Below are positions 36,110 through 45,361 of a stretch of DNA of 64,000 nt, one piece after another. The stretch's first letter is position 1. Every line of letters begins with the position of its first letter. Position numbers and translations under genes: made by a program. Source of the stretch: Nitrospirota bacterium (lineage in GTDB: Bacteria > Nitrospirota > Nitrospiria > Nitrospirales > Nitrospiraceae); the NCBI GenBank assembly GCA_013388555.1, contig JACAFD010000056.1, forward strand, positions 8,331-72,330, read 5' to 3'. The notes below the pieces were generated by a model that made no database searches, had not been told where the DNA came from, and saw only the letters and a list, made by a program, of their open reading frames with translations.

Positions 36110-36439
36110 CTACGCTGGGTCCAGGTAATCGATCCAGGTTTCTTTTTCGGCGAGATATTTTGCGCCTTTGAAATTCGCGCGGGTTCTCATCTTGCTGAAG
36201 CCCAATCCCTGCATCGATTCGACCAGTTCTTGAACCGCAGCGGTGATGGTCGGATGGGAGTGCCCCTCGACGATCAGGGCTTCATACATGACCTTGGCGG
36301 CGTACCCTGAAGGGGTTCGATTGACGAGGACTGTTCGATTGAAATACCGATCACTCGGGTCGACTCCTTCAAGCTGGTGCTTTTCAACCAGCCCTTCTCT
36401 TTTAAAGAGCAGAGGAAGAGAACTCATCACGACCTCCAT
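36110..36439 (-). CDS. Hypothetical protein
   Basis: 109-aa ORF. The internal start MSSLPLLF (36427) has GGAGG 6 nt upstream. I recognise no motif. It converges on the hydrolase gene with only 9 nt between the stops. Confidence 0.45.
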   Translation of the reverse strand: MEVVMSSLPLLFKREGLVEKHQLEGVDPSDRYFNRTVLVNRTPSGYAAKVMYEALIVEGHSHPTITAAVQELVESMQGLGFSKMRTRANFKGAKYLAEKETWIDYLDPA

Positions 36440-36572
36440 AGCGACCCAACCGGAATGAACCGAGGCTTTGAATTATAGGGTGAGGCTTCGCTGACTGCAA
36501 GCCGTTGACAACTACATAAACGCCCTCCTATCATTTCCCCCCGCCGTGGTGGGCTTCTGTGTTCCAGATGAT

Positions 36573-37109
36573 ATGAATATCCCCAACAGCTTGACCATCC
36601 TCCGTATTCTCCTCATTCCCTGCTACATCGGGCTGCTGATATACGGGAGATTTACTGAAGCGCTGATCGTATTACTCGTGGCTGGGATTACTGATGCGCT
36701 CGATGGGGCGATCGCACGTATGAAGAATCAGCATACAAGGTTCGGGGCAGTGTTGGACCCTCTGGCTGATAAATTGCTCCTGACCTCGGGGTTCATCACG
36801 CTCTCAATGATTCATTTGATTCCTTTGTGGGTGACCATCCTCGTGGTCAGCCGGGACGTGATACTGTTGCTGGGAACTGCGGTGGCGCATTTCACAGATT
36901 CTCGTATCGATATTACCCCCACCTTCTTGGGCAAGGGTACAACGTTTCTCCAGTTGTCCTATGTTGTAGTCGTGATATTCTTGACCTCCCGTCACATCGA
37001 TCTCACCGTCATATTGCCTCTCTTGCTCGGCATGGTTTCCTTTACCCTGTTGTCCGGGTTGCACTATCTCTACCGGGGCTTTCGGCACATGGGTGCGATC
37101 GGCGGCTAA
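36573..37109 (+). CDS. pgsA: CDP-diacylglycerol--glycerol-3-phosphate 3-phosphatidyltransferase
   Basis: MNIPNSLTILRILLIP is the typical PgsA start. The CDP-alcohol motif is DALDGAIARMKNQHTRFGAVLDPLADKLL. The track ORF start at 36546 is an in-frame alternative. Confidence 0.88.
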   Translation: MNIPNSLTILRILLIPCYIGLLIYGRFTEALIVLLVAGITDALDGAIARMKNQHTRFGAVLDPLADKLLLTSGFITLSMIHLIPLWVTILVVSRDVILLLGTAVAHFTDSRIDITPTFLGKGTTFLQLSYVVVVIFLTSRHIDLTVILPLLLGMVSFTLLSGLHYLYRGFRHMGAIGG

Positions 37110-37167
37110 GGGGTTGCATTCTTTGGCCTTACCTGCCTCGCACCCTGCGCGGAGATTCTGCATTTGT

Positions 37168-37196
37168 TTGACAGGTTTTGAGGTGGCCAGTAGACT
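37168..37196 (+). promoter_or_regulatory. Sigma70-like promoter candidate upstream of pilC
   Basis: Perfect TTGACA (37168-37173), 17-nt spacer, TAGACT (37191-37196). It lies about 72 nt upstream of ATG 37268. Confidence 0.4.
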
Positions 37197-37267
37197 CGCC
37201 GTGTAGATATTCCTCTCGGTTTACAACCGGCCAGTGCTGTGGCCACATCGAAGGGTGAGAGTTGCGC

Positions 37268-38485
37268 ATGGCTACCTTTGCGTATGTCGGACGAACCAGA
37301 GGGGGTACCGTAAAGAAGGGCGAGTTGAGCGCGAAAACCCGTGATGAGGCGGTGGATCAACTCCGCAAGCAAAGCGTCGTCGTCACTAGCCTCGAAGAAA
37401 AAAAGAGTGGCGCGGGTGGATTTAAGATAAACCTCGGCTCCGGCCTCACCGATAAAGATCTGGTTGTATTTACGCGACAATTTGGCACGATGATCAATGC
37501 GGGTCTGCCGTTGGTGCAGTGCCTAGAAATCCTCTCGACACAGTCTGAGAATAAGGTGCTGCGAGAGACGATTGGTGAAGTGAAGGTTCAGGTTGAGGCA
37601 GGTTCGACTTTTTCGGATGCCTTGCGGCGCTTTCCCAAAGTCTTCGACGATCTCTATGTGAACCTGGTCCATGCGGGTGAAGTGGGGGGCCTGCTCGATA
37701 CGATCCTGACACGTCTCGCCGTATACATTGAGAAAGCGATGAAGCTCAAAGGGCAGATCAAGTCTGCCATGGTATATCCCATAACGATCATGGGCGTCGC
37801 AGTTGCTGTTATTACTATCCTCATGCTCTTTGTCATTCCAATCTTTGCAAAGATGTTTCTTGACCTGTCAGGTGGGAGAGTGGCGTTGCCGGGCCCTACG
37901 CAAATTGTTATCGACACGAGCAACTTCTTTATAGCCTACTGGTACATCATTCTTGGCGGTATTGTGGGGGGCATCTTTGGTATTAAGAAATATTATGGGA
38001 CGGTTCAAGGTCGGAAGTTTATTGATAAGTTGCTTCTCAAGCTTCCAGTGGTGGGAGACCTCATCAGAAAATCTTCGGTTGCCAAGTTTACCCGTACGCT
38101 CGGTACTTTGCTCGCGAGCGGGGTTCCTTTACTCGATGGAATGTCCATCTGCGCAAAGACATCGGGTAATAAGGTTGTTGAAGAAACGTTGCTCGACGCT
38201 CGCCTCAGTATCAGTGGCGGAAAGACTATCGCGGATCCCTTGGCGTCAAGCGGGGTGTTTCCCAAGATGGTGACGCATATGATTGCCGTCGGTGAATCAA
38301 CTGGCGCGCTGGACGCCATGTTGGGGAAAATTGCAGACTTTTACGAAGAAGAAGTCGATCAAGCGGTTGCCTCGTTGACGGCGTTGCTTGAGCCAGCGAT
38401 GATGGTGTTCCTGGGGGTTGTGATTGGGTTTATCGTGATTGCAATGTACCTTCCGATATTCAAAATGGCGTCCGCGATCGGATAA
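37268..38485 (+). CDS. pilC: Type IV pilus assembly platform protein PilC (GspF family)
   Basis: Starts MATFAYVGRTRGG. Has two GspF repeats (FTRQFGTMINAGLPLVQCLE and FTRTLGTLLASGVPLLDGM) and three TM helices. Confidence 0.9.
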   Translation: MATFAYVGRTRGGTVKKGELSAKTRDEAVDQLRKQSVVVTSLEEKKSGAGGFKINLGSGLTDKDLVVFTRQFGTMINAGLPLVQCLEILSTQSENKVLRETIGEVKVQVEAGSTFSDALRRFPKVFDDLYVNLVHAGEVGGLLDTILTRLAVYIEKAMKLKGQIKSAMVYPITIMGVAVAVITILMLFVIPIFAKMFLDLSGGRVALPGPTQIVIDTSNFFIAYWYIILGGIVGGIFGIKKYYGTVQGRKFIDKLLLKLPVVGDLIRKSSVAKFTRTLGTLLASGVPLLDGMSICAKTSGNKVVEETLLDARLSISGGKTIADPLASSGVFPKMVTHMIAVGESTGALDAMLGKIADFYEEEVDQAVASLTALLEPAMMVFLGVVIGFIVIAMYLPIFKMASAIG

Positions 38486-38684
38486 CATTTGTGTTCCACC
38501 TAATTCTTCTCACAAAGCCGGGTTCAATTCCCGGCATGAAGGCGCTAAGCCTTTCCGCCCACATCGTTTGGCGCCCGTCACATGGGCGATGACAGGGTTC
38601 CTGGCCGCTATCCGAGGGGAAGGAACAAGGCACATCTCTCTTCATGTTCCGACGAACTCCTTTTCACCCGGCGGTTTTCCACCC

Positions 38685-40382
38685 ATGAGTAATCTTCGCA
38701 CAAGACTCTATTGGATCATGGGGCTTCGGATGGCCCTTGTGACCCTGCTGCTCGGTCTGTCTCTCGCGTTTCAAGTCGGGAAGGGCGGGTGGGTTGAAAC
38801 GTTCTACACCTTGATTATTGTCACCTGCGTTCTGACGATCCCTTCCGCTATTCTGCTCCGGGTGCTCACCTCGCAAGCAGCTCTCACGATACTTTTTTGG
38901 GCTCAAGTGGCGATCGACTTCCTCCTTGAAACGGTGTTGGTTACTAGGACGGGAGGAATCGAGAGCCCTTTCGCAGTGCTGTATGTGATGACGGTGGCGG
39001 TCGCTAGCCTCGTTCCGCGTCGGCGGGTGGGGCTTCTTACCGCCTGTTTCTGCATTATTTTTTTTGGAGTCTTAACGAATATTCAACTGTATGGTCTTGT
39101 CGAAGGGTGGGGGTGGATGCCGCCGAGTCGGCTGACTCTGCCTGAAACATTTCAAACATTCGGGGTCTATGCCCTTGCCCTTCTTGTCGTCGGGATATTG
39201 GGTGGGACCTTGGCGGAACAACTTCAGCTGGCAGATCGATCGTTGCGCGAGAAGGAGCAGGGACTGACCCGTCTCCAAGTTTTTCATGAGAATATCGTTC
39301 ATAGCATCAGCAGCGGAGTCTTTACTGCGGATGTCATGGGGTGCATCACCTCATTCAACCCAGCGGCACAGGAAGCGACCGGGTATACCATCGCTGACGT
39401 GGCCGGGCGTCCCTGGCGCGAAGTTTTCAACTGGCATCCTAGCGAACGATCAGACGAACAACTTAATAGCTCGGTGTCCGCGACGACGAGATTCGAAGTG
39501 GAATGTAAGCGTGCTGATGGCAACCGCCTGATTCTGGGAATGACCCTTTCTCCATTACATGAGCAGGGGAAGCAGACAGGCTTGGTCGGTGTGTTCAAAG
39601 ATCTGACACAGATTCGGGATCTTGAAGAGGAGATGCGTCGAAAGGAGTGGCTGGCAAGTTTGGGCGAAATGTCTGCCGGGATGGCCCACGAGATTCGGAA
39701 TCCGCTTGGCGCATTGGCAGGCGCAATGCAAATGCTCCGGAAAGATGCCATAGAAGATGAAACCAATCGCCGGTTGATGGACATCGCGATTCGGGAGGCC
39801 ACGCGACTCGACAACATCATCACCGAATTTCTCCAGTACGCACGTCCGCCGGCACTCGATCTCGCGGAGCGTGATCTCAACAAAGTACTTGCTGAGACAC
39901 TCGATCTCGTTCAACATGAAGCGCGGACACGTTCCAAGATCAAAATCGTCACGTCCCTGGCTGCCGGGCCGCTTACGGCCATGGTTGATCAGGATCAGTT
40001 CCGGCAAGTCTTCTGGAATATGGCGACGAATGCATTTGAAGCGATGCCGGATGGCGGTCAGCTGACGATCTCGACGAGCTGCCGCCGCGTCGAAGCTGGT
40101 GAACGTAAGGGGGACATCGTTGAAATTGCGTTTCAAGACACTGGGGAAGGCATTCCGCGGCAGAATCTCGACAAGATCTTTCTACCGTTCTTCACGACGA
40201 AGAAAGAAGGATCGGGACTGGGTCTCGCTGCGGTGCATCGAATCGTCGATCTGCACGGCGGGTGGATTAAGGTCGAAAGTCAGGAACGCCAAGGGTCGCG
40301 GTTTGTCGTATGTATGCCGCGTTCTGGGGAAGCCGGCGTGCGCTTATGGCATGAAGGAAGGACACCGTGGAAAAGATCTTAG
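38685..40382 (+). CDS. pilS: PilS-like sensor histidine kinase (multi-TM, PAS, HisKA, HATPase)
   Basis: From ATG 38685 there are about six TM helices, then a PAS domain (IVHSISSGVFTADVMGCITSFNPAAQEATGY), an H-box (MSAGMAHEIRNPL), and N/G boxes (FTTKKEGSGLGLA). The track ORF start at 38439 overlaps pilC. Confidence 0.8.
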   Translation: MSNLRTRLYWIMGLRMALVTLLLGLSLAFQVGKGGWVETFYTLIIVTCVLTIPSAILLRVLTSQAALTILFWAQVAIDFLLETVLVTRTGGIESPFAVLYVMTVAVASLVPRRRVGLLTACFCIIFFGVLTNIQLYGLVEGWGWMPPSRLTLPETFQTFGVYALALLVVGILGGTLAEQLQLADRSLREKEQGLTRLQVFHENIVHSISSGVFTADVMGCITSFNPAAQEATGYTIADVAGRPWREVFNWHPSERSDEQLNSSVSATTRFEVECKRADGNRLILGMTLSPLHEQGKQTGLVGVFKDLTQIRDLEEEMRRKEWLASLGEMSAGMAHEIRNPLGALAGAMQMLRKDAIEDETNRRLMDIAIREATRLDNIITEFLQYARPPALDLAERDLNKVLAETLDLVQHEARTRSKIKIVTSLAAGPLTAMVDQDQFRQVFWNMATNAFEAMPDGGQLTISTSCRRVEAGERKGDIVEIAFQDTGEGIPRQNLDKIFLPFFTTKKEGSGLGLAAVHRIVDLHGGWIKVESQERQGSRFVVCMPRSGEAGVRLWHEGRTPWKRS

Positions 40383-41749
40383 TTGTTGATGATGAGAGAG
40401 GGCTACGCGAAGTCCTGAGCATTATGCTCAAACGCGCGGGCTATGCCGTGATCGAGGCCTCCGATGGCGAAGAGGCCATGGGGCATATCAACAAGGAGAT
40501 ATTCGATCTCGTCATTACGGACCTCCGTATGCCGAAGGCCGATGGCATGGAGGTCTTGAAAGCGGTGAAGTCTTCGTCTCCTGAAACCGTGGTCCTCGTC
40601 GTTACGGCATTTGCGACGGCGGACTCGGCCGTCGATGCGATGAAACAGGGTGCGTACGACTACCTGACCAAGCCGTTCCAGGTTGATGAAGTTCAGCTGA
40701 TCATCCGCAACGCCCTGGAGAAGCGGCGTCTCTCGGCGGAAAACATTCTCTTGAAGCGTGAAATGGCGAGTCAGTCGTCTTTCGCGCAGCTTGTCGGCCA
40801 AAGCGAGAGCATGCAGAAGGTATTTGACGTGGTGCGCCAAGTCGCGGACGCTAAGAGCAATGTGCTGATTTGCGGGGAGAGCGGAACGGGAAAAGAATTA
40901 GTGGCTCGCGCGATTCATTACAACAGTGTCCGAAGCTCGATGCCCTTTGTAGCGGTGAATTGCAGCGCCGTGCCGGAGACGTTGCTTGAAAGCGAACTCT
41001 TCGGGCATATGAAGGGGTCCTTTACCGGCGCGATGGCCAATAAGGCGGGGTTGTTCGAAGTCGCCAACGGCGGGACGATTTTTTTGGATGAAATCGGCGA
41101 TACGACTCCGGCGATCCAAGTCAAGCTGCTGCGCGTCATTCAGGAACGAGAGTTCCGGCGCGTAGGAGGCAACCAGGATGTCAAAGTCGATGTGCGTGTT
41201 GTGGCGGCGACCAATAGGGATCTTGAAAAGGCTGTAGCAGACGGCTCATTTCGCGAAGATTTGTACTACCGATTGGATGTGATTCCGATTCGGCTCCCGC
41301 CGTTGCGGCTTCGAACGGGAGACATTCCGATTCTTGCGAACCATTTCCTGGGGAAGTTTTCACAAGAGAGCGGCAAGCCGGTTCCCGTATTGACCTCAGG
41401 GGCGATGCAGGTGTTGCTGAGTCATGAGTGGCGCGGCAATGTGCGCGAGCTTGAGAATCTCATCGAGCGCGTGGTGACGTTTTCCTCGGGTGCGCCTGTG
41501 TCAGATGAGGACATCCGTGGCTGGCTTCACCGTGCTGTGACTCCGCAGCAACAGGGCGTGCCCACCGACTTGCCGGAAGACGGATTGGACTTGGAGGGGC
41601 TTATCAATGGCATAGAGAAAGATTTGCTCCTGAAAGCGCTCGAACGGACCATGTGGGTGAAGAAGAAGGCTGCACGGCTCCTAAGGCTCAACACACGGTC
41701 CTTTCGCTATCGACTAGAGAAGTATGCTATCAAGGGGGGTCGTGATTAG
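40367..41749 (+). CDS. pilR: Sigma-54-dependent response regulator (PilR/NtrC family)
   Basis: 460 aa. Receiver domain (ILVVDDE...DLVITDLRMP), AAA+ core (GESGTGKELVARAIH, ESELFGH, GSFTGA) and a C-terminal HTH. The start overlaps the kinase gene. Confidence 0.85.
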   Translation: MEKILVVDDERGLREVLSIMLKRAGYAVIEASDGEEAMGHINKEIFDLVITDLRMPKADGMEVLKAVKSSSPETVVLVVTAFATADSAVDAMKQGAYDYLTKPFQVDEVQLIIRNALEKRRLSAENILLKREMASQSSFAQLVGQSESMQKVFDVVRQVADAKSNVLICGESGTGKELVARAIHYNSVRSSMPFVAVNCSAVPETLLESELFGHMKGSFTGAMANKAGLFEVANGGTIFLDEIGDTTPAIQVKLLRVIQEREFRRVGGNQDVKVDVRVVAATNRDLEKAVADGSFREDLYYRLDVIPIRLPPLRLRTGDIPILANHFLGKFSQESGKPVPVLTSGAMQVLLSHEWRGNVRELENLIERVVTFSSGAPVSDEDIRGWLHRAVTPQQQGVPTDLPEDGLDLEGLINGIEKDLLLKALERTMWVKKKAARLLRLNTRSFRYRLEKYAIKGGRD

Positions 41750-42665
41750 CCCCCAGCCAAGTCCAGCCGCGCTCACCGTCTTTGCCCCTGCCAAAATCAA
41801 CTTGATCCTGCGTATCTTGGACCGTCGTCCCGACGGATTCCACAATCTCTGGTCGATCATGCAGACGGCTGCTCTCGAGGACGAGGTGCAGATCAAGTTA
41901 CGTGACGACCGACAGGAGATCCAGCTGACGTGTGATGCGATGCAACTGGGTGCGGATAAGAGTAACCTCGTCTATCGTGCAGCAGCCGCGGTGTTGGCGC
42001 GAGCCCAGCGATCGATTGGGCTCGACATTGAGTTGCGTAAGCGAATTCCAATGGGAGCAGGCCTCGGTGGTGGGAGCAGTGATGCCGCAGCCACCATTAT
42101 AGGTTTGAACATTCTTTTACAGCTGGAGTGGTCTCCGACGCAGATGGCTGATATCGGACATTCGTTAGGTAGCGATGTGCCATTTTTTTTCTTTGCCCCT
42201 TCATCGTGTGTGGCAGGTCGAGGAGAAACGGTTCGACCTGTCGTTGTTGAAGGGGCTCGATGGGTTGTGCTCGTCAATCCTGGTTTTGGAGTCGATACGA
42301 AGTGGGCATATCAGACATTGGCTGCAACCAGGACCGCTGTGACGCCGCTCTCGCCGGCCCAGCGAGAAATCGATCGGCAATTGCGGGTGAGTTGGTCCCA
42401 ATTGGTTGCTGCGGCAGAGAACGATTTCGAGGAGCCGGTCTTCGCCGCATATGAACAGCTTCGAGAGATCAAACGGAGTTTACAGGCTCACGGAGCCGAG
42501 CTCGCGCTACTGTCCGGAAGTGGGGCAACGGTATTCGGCATATTTACGGACGAGGGGCGCGCCCGCCTGGCACAGGCACAATTTATGGGAGAGAACATGA
42601 TGAAGGTGTTTGTCGTTCCCACCTGCTCCAGCCCACTCGCCTGGCGATATGAACAGCTACGATAA
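41724..42665 (+). CDS. ispE: 4-diphosphocytidyl-2-C-methyl-D-erythritol kinase
   Basis: Contains APAKINLILRI, a GHMP motif (IPMGAGLGGGSSDAAA) and SGSGATVFG. The true start is probably the GTG at 41741. Confidence 0.9.
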   Translation: MLSRGVVISPQPSPAALTVFAPAKINLILRILDRRPDGFHNLWSIMQTAALEDEVQIKLRDDRQEIQLTCDAMQLGADKSNLVYRAAAAVLARAQRSIGLDIELRKRIPMGAGLGGGSSDAAATIIGLNILLQLEWSPTQMADIGHSLGSDVPFFFFAPSSCVAGRGETVRPVVVEGARWVVLVNPGFGVDTKWAYQTLAATRTAVTPLSPAQREIDRQLRVSWSQLVAAAENDFEEPVFAAYEQLREIKRSLQAHGAELALLSGSGATVFGIFTDEGRARLAQAQFMGENMMKVFVVPTCSSPLAWRYEQLR

Positions 42666-42677
42666 GGCGTGGTTCGG

Positions 42678-42707
42678 TTGACAACTCCCCGTACATTCCG
42701 TTAGAGT
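42678..42707 (+). promoter_or_regulatory. Sigma70-like promoter candidate upstream of prs-rplY-pth
   Basis: Perfect TTGACA (42678-42683), 18-nt spacer, TAGAGT (42702-42707). Confidence 0.3.
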
Positions 42708-42858
42708 TTGCCGCCTTAATTGGCTTCCTCAACAGCGCGCAGTGAATGATAGGTAGGCGGGTTACGACAACGCCCACCGACGCCCGCCGTCGAGACGACC
42801 ATAAATACGATACGAAATCAGACGGTGATGCAGTTGCGTCCAAGGACCCTCTGAGAAA

Positions 42859-43803
42859 TTGATGAGCGGAGAGCTAAAGATATTCTCTGGCAACGCGAAT
42901 CCGGCCTTGGCACACGAGATTTGTGCCTACCTTGGGACCAAGCTCGGCGAGGCTACGGTCGGGTCCTTCAGCGATGGTGAGATCCGCGTCAAGATTGAGG
43001 AAAATGTTCGTGGCGGCGACGTGTTCGTCGTGCAGTCGAGTTGCCAGCCGGTCAACGACTCCCTTATGGAGTTGCTGATCATTATCGACGCGCTCAAGCG
43101 GTCCTCCGCGAATCGCATCACCGCGGTCATCCCTTATTTCGGCTATGCCCGCCAGGATCGGAAGGATCAGCCTCGTGTGCCGATTTCAGCAAAACTTGTG
43201 GCCGATCTTATCAGTACAGCAGGCACCGATCGGGTGCTGACGATGGACCTCCATGCAGGGAAGATCCAGGGGTTCTTCAATGTGCCAGTAGACCACCTCT
43301 ATGCATTGCCCGTATTATTGGATTACATCACGAAAAGGAAGGTAATCGACCTGGTGGTTGTCTCGCCAGACGCAGGCGGAGTAGAGCGGGCCCGGGCCTT
43401 TGCGAAGCGGCTCGAAGCGAATCTGGCGATTATCGACAAGCGGCGTGAAGGACCGAATCAGACGGCGATTATGAACATCATCGGCGACGTCGCAGGCAAG
43501 AGTGCGCTTTTGCTGGACGACATGATCGACACGGCCGGCACCATTGTGAAGGGAGCGCAGGCCTGCATGGATCGCGGCGCTCGGGAAGTGTGGACCGCCT
43601 GTACCCACGCGGTGCTCACGGGGCCGGCCTTAGAACGGATTCAGCAATCCTGTCTGAAGCAAGTCATCGTAACCAATTCGATCCCCTTACGGGGTAAAGA
43701 GCTGATCTGCCCGAAGTTACATCAATTATCGATCGCTCCACTGTTGGGTGAAGCAATCAGGCGAATCCATGAAGATGAGTCGGTGAGTTCACTGTTCTTA
43801 TAA
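42859..43803 (+). CDS. prs: Ribose-phosphate pyrophosphokinase
   Basis: 314 aa. Contains [22 protein letters not shown] and the PRPP loop [15 protein letters not shown] 42862 is an alternative start. Confidence 0.95.
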   Translation: MMSGELKIFSGNANPALAHEICAYLGTKLGEATVGSFSDGEIRVKIEENVRGGDVFVVQSSCQPVNDSLMELLIIIDALKRSSANRITAVIPYFGYARQDRKDQPRVPISAKLVADLISTAGTDRVLTMDLHAGKIQGFFNVPVDHLYALPVLLDYITKRKVIDLVVVSPDAGGVERARAFAKRLEANLAIIDKRREGPNQTAIMNIIGDVAGKSALLLDDMIDTAGTIVKGAQACMDRGAREVWTACTHAVLTGPALERIQQSCLKQVIVTNSIPLRGKELICPKLHQLSIAPLLGEAIRRIHEDESVSSLFL

Positions 43804-43854
43804 CCTGAAATTGAGGGCATCTGAAGAGAGGCAAGAAGGGGACGGAGGCGTATC

Positions 43855-44640
43855 ATGAAGTTCGAACTAGCAGTTTCAGTGAGAGAGAAATCAGGAAAGG
43901 GTGCAGCACGCCAGCTTCGGCGGGAGGGCAAGGTTCCGGGTGTGTTGTATGGCCAAGGTGAATGTCTGCTCTTGACCATTGAACCAGATAGCCTGGTCAA
44001 AATCTTGAAGGCGCAGGCGGGCGGTGCTGCGCTCGTGTCCCTCACCCTGGCTGGCGCGAAGTCGAAACCGAACCGGACCGCACTCTTGCGGGATTTCCAG
44101 GTCGATCCGGTCGAAGGGAATGTGCTGCATGCGGATCTGTTCGAAATTTCGATGGACAAGCCGATTCGCGTAAAGGTGCCTCTGCATTTGACCGGCGGAG
44201 TGCCTGCCGGCGTCAAGGAAGGAGGCATCCTCCACCACAATATGCGTGAGTTGCATATTGAGTGTCTGCCGGCTTTGTTGCCAGACTTCATTGAAGTCGA
44301 TGCCTCAGGGCTCGCCATTGCGCAGGGTCTTCACCTGAAAGACCTGGCTGCGCGCGAAGGGATTCGCTATCTGGATGATCCTGAGCAGATGGTTGTGAGT
44401 GTCGCGGCGCCGATGACGGAAGCCAAGCTCGAATCGCTCCTCGCGAGCGGCGCGGTTGCACCGGGGGAAGCGAAAGAGCCTGAGGTGGTTGCGAAGGGCA
44501 AGGTAGCAGGTGAGGCCCCTGAGGGCGGTGAACCAGCGAAAGCTGGCGCGGCTGCTGTGGCTGCTGATGCAAAAGGCGGCGAGAAGAAAGGCGCTGCAGC
44601 GCCAAAAGCTGAAAAGAAAGAAGCCGAAAAGAAGAAGTAA
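43855..44640 (+). CDS. rplY: 50S ribosomal protein L25 (Ctc form) with a Lys/Ala/Glu-rich C-terminal tail
   Basis: 261 aa. Contains GKGAARQLRREGKVPGVLYG and a Ctc-type C-domain, then about 60 aa of low-complexity tail ending KAEKKEAEKKK. Confidence 0.9.
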   Translation: MKFELAVSVREKSGKGAARQLRREGKVPGVLYGQGECLLLTIEPDSLVKILKAQAGGAALVSLTLAGAKSKPNRTALLRDFQVDPVEGNVLHADLFEISMDKPIRVKVPLHLTGGVPAGVKEGGILHHNMRELHIECLPALLPDFIEVDASGLAIAQGLHLKDLAAREGIRYLDDPEQMVVSVAAPMTEAKLESLLASGAVAPGEAKEPEVVAKGKVAGEAPEGGEPAKAGAAAVAADAKGGEKKGAAAPKAEKKEAEKKK

Positions 44641-44642
44641 CC

Positions 44643-45239
44643 TTGCACCTCATCATTGGGCTTGGCAACCCGGGGGCTGCCTATGCCCAAACCCGCCACA
44701 ATGTCGGCATGTGGGTCATCGAACGGGCCGCGGCTCGGTGGTCCATCCGTCTCACCAAGCGTGGGACGGCTCATCGTGGAGCGGGACGACTTGGATCAGA
44801 ACTCTTCGAACTCGCCGGTACCCTGGACTGGATGAACGTCACCGGTCCTCCGCTCAAAGGTCTCCTGCGTGAATGTTCGCTGACTGCCGGCGATCTAATT
44901 TTAGTCCACGACGATCTCGACCTTGATCTGGGGCGTCTCCGGATTAAACGGGCCGGTGGGCATGGGGGCCACAACGGGATCAAGTCGGTCATCGATGCGA
45001 TCGGGACATCCCAGTTTGTGCGGGTCAAGATTGGAATCGGCCGACCGGCGCCGCGCCAGGATTCGGCAGACTATGTGTTACAGGCATTTACGAAAGAAGA
45101 ACTCGAGGTGTTGAACCCCTGTCTCGACCGCGCGGTCGAGGCGTTGGAATGTCTCATGCATCGAGGAGTAGCGGTGGCCATGAATCAATTTAATGTGCGT
45201 GAGAAGCTGGGAGAAGATGAGGGGGCGCAGCCAGGCTGA
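44643..45239 (+). CDS. pth: Peptidyl-tRNA hydrolase
   Basis: 198 aa. Contains LIIGLGNPGAAYAQTRHNVG and GGHGGHNGIKS. TTG start. Confidence 0.93.
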   Translation: MHLIIGLGNPGAAYAQTRHNVGMWVIERAAARWSIRLTKRGTAHRGAGRLGSELFELAGTLDWMNVTGPPLKGLLRECSLTAGDLILVHDDLDLDLGRLRIKRAGGHGGHNGIKSVIDAIGTSQFVRVKIGIGRPAPRQDSADYVLQAFTKEELEVLNPCLDRAVEALECLMHRGVAVAMNQFNVREKLGEDEGAQPG

Positions 45240-45307
45240 CTCCTTGCTCGCGCACCGCGCACGATCGGAATGTGCTCGGTGGACGCGCGCAGTCAGAGTC
45301 AACCTGG
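45231..45307. repeat. REP-like palindromic unit (short core family C), copy at the pth 3' end
   Basis: The arms ccaggctgactcc / agagtcaacctgg flank ttgctcgcgcaccgcgcacgatcggaatgtgctcggtggacgcgcgcagtc. It overlaps the last 9 nt of pth. Confidence 0.75.
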
Positions 45308-45361
45308 CTGCGACCCTGTGAGTAAGGTTCTCAGCATGGTAGAGGAGTGAGGTGAGGAACA

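Noticed and set aside
38517-38535. tRNA T-arm-like hairpin (gccggGTTCAATTcccggc) just after pilC
   Set aside because: The loop resembles a T-psi-C loop. However, I could find no D-arm or anticodon arm upstream, and only 5 of 7 acceptor-stem positions can pair, so it is not a tRNA gene. It may be a simple stem-loop, or at most a tRNA-fragment relic. No integrase is nearby to support an att site.
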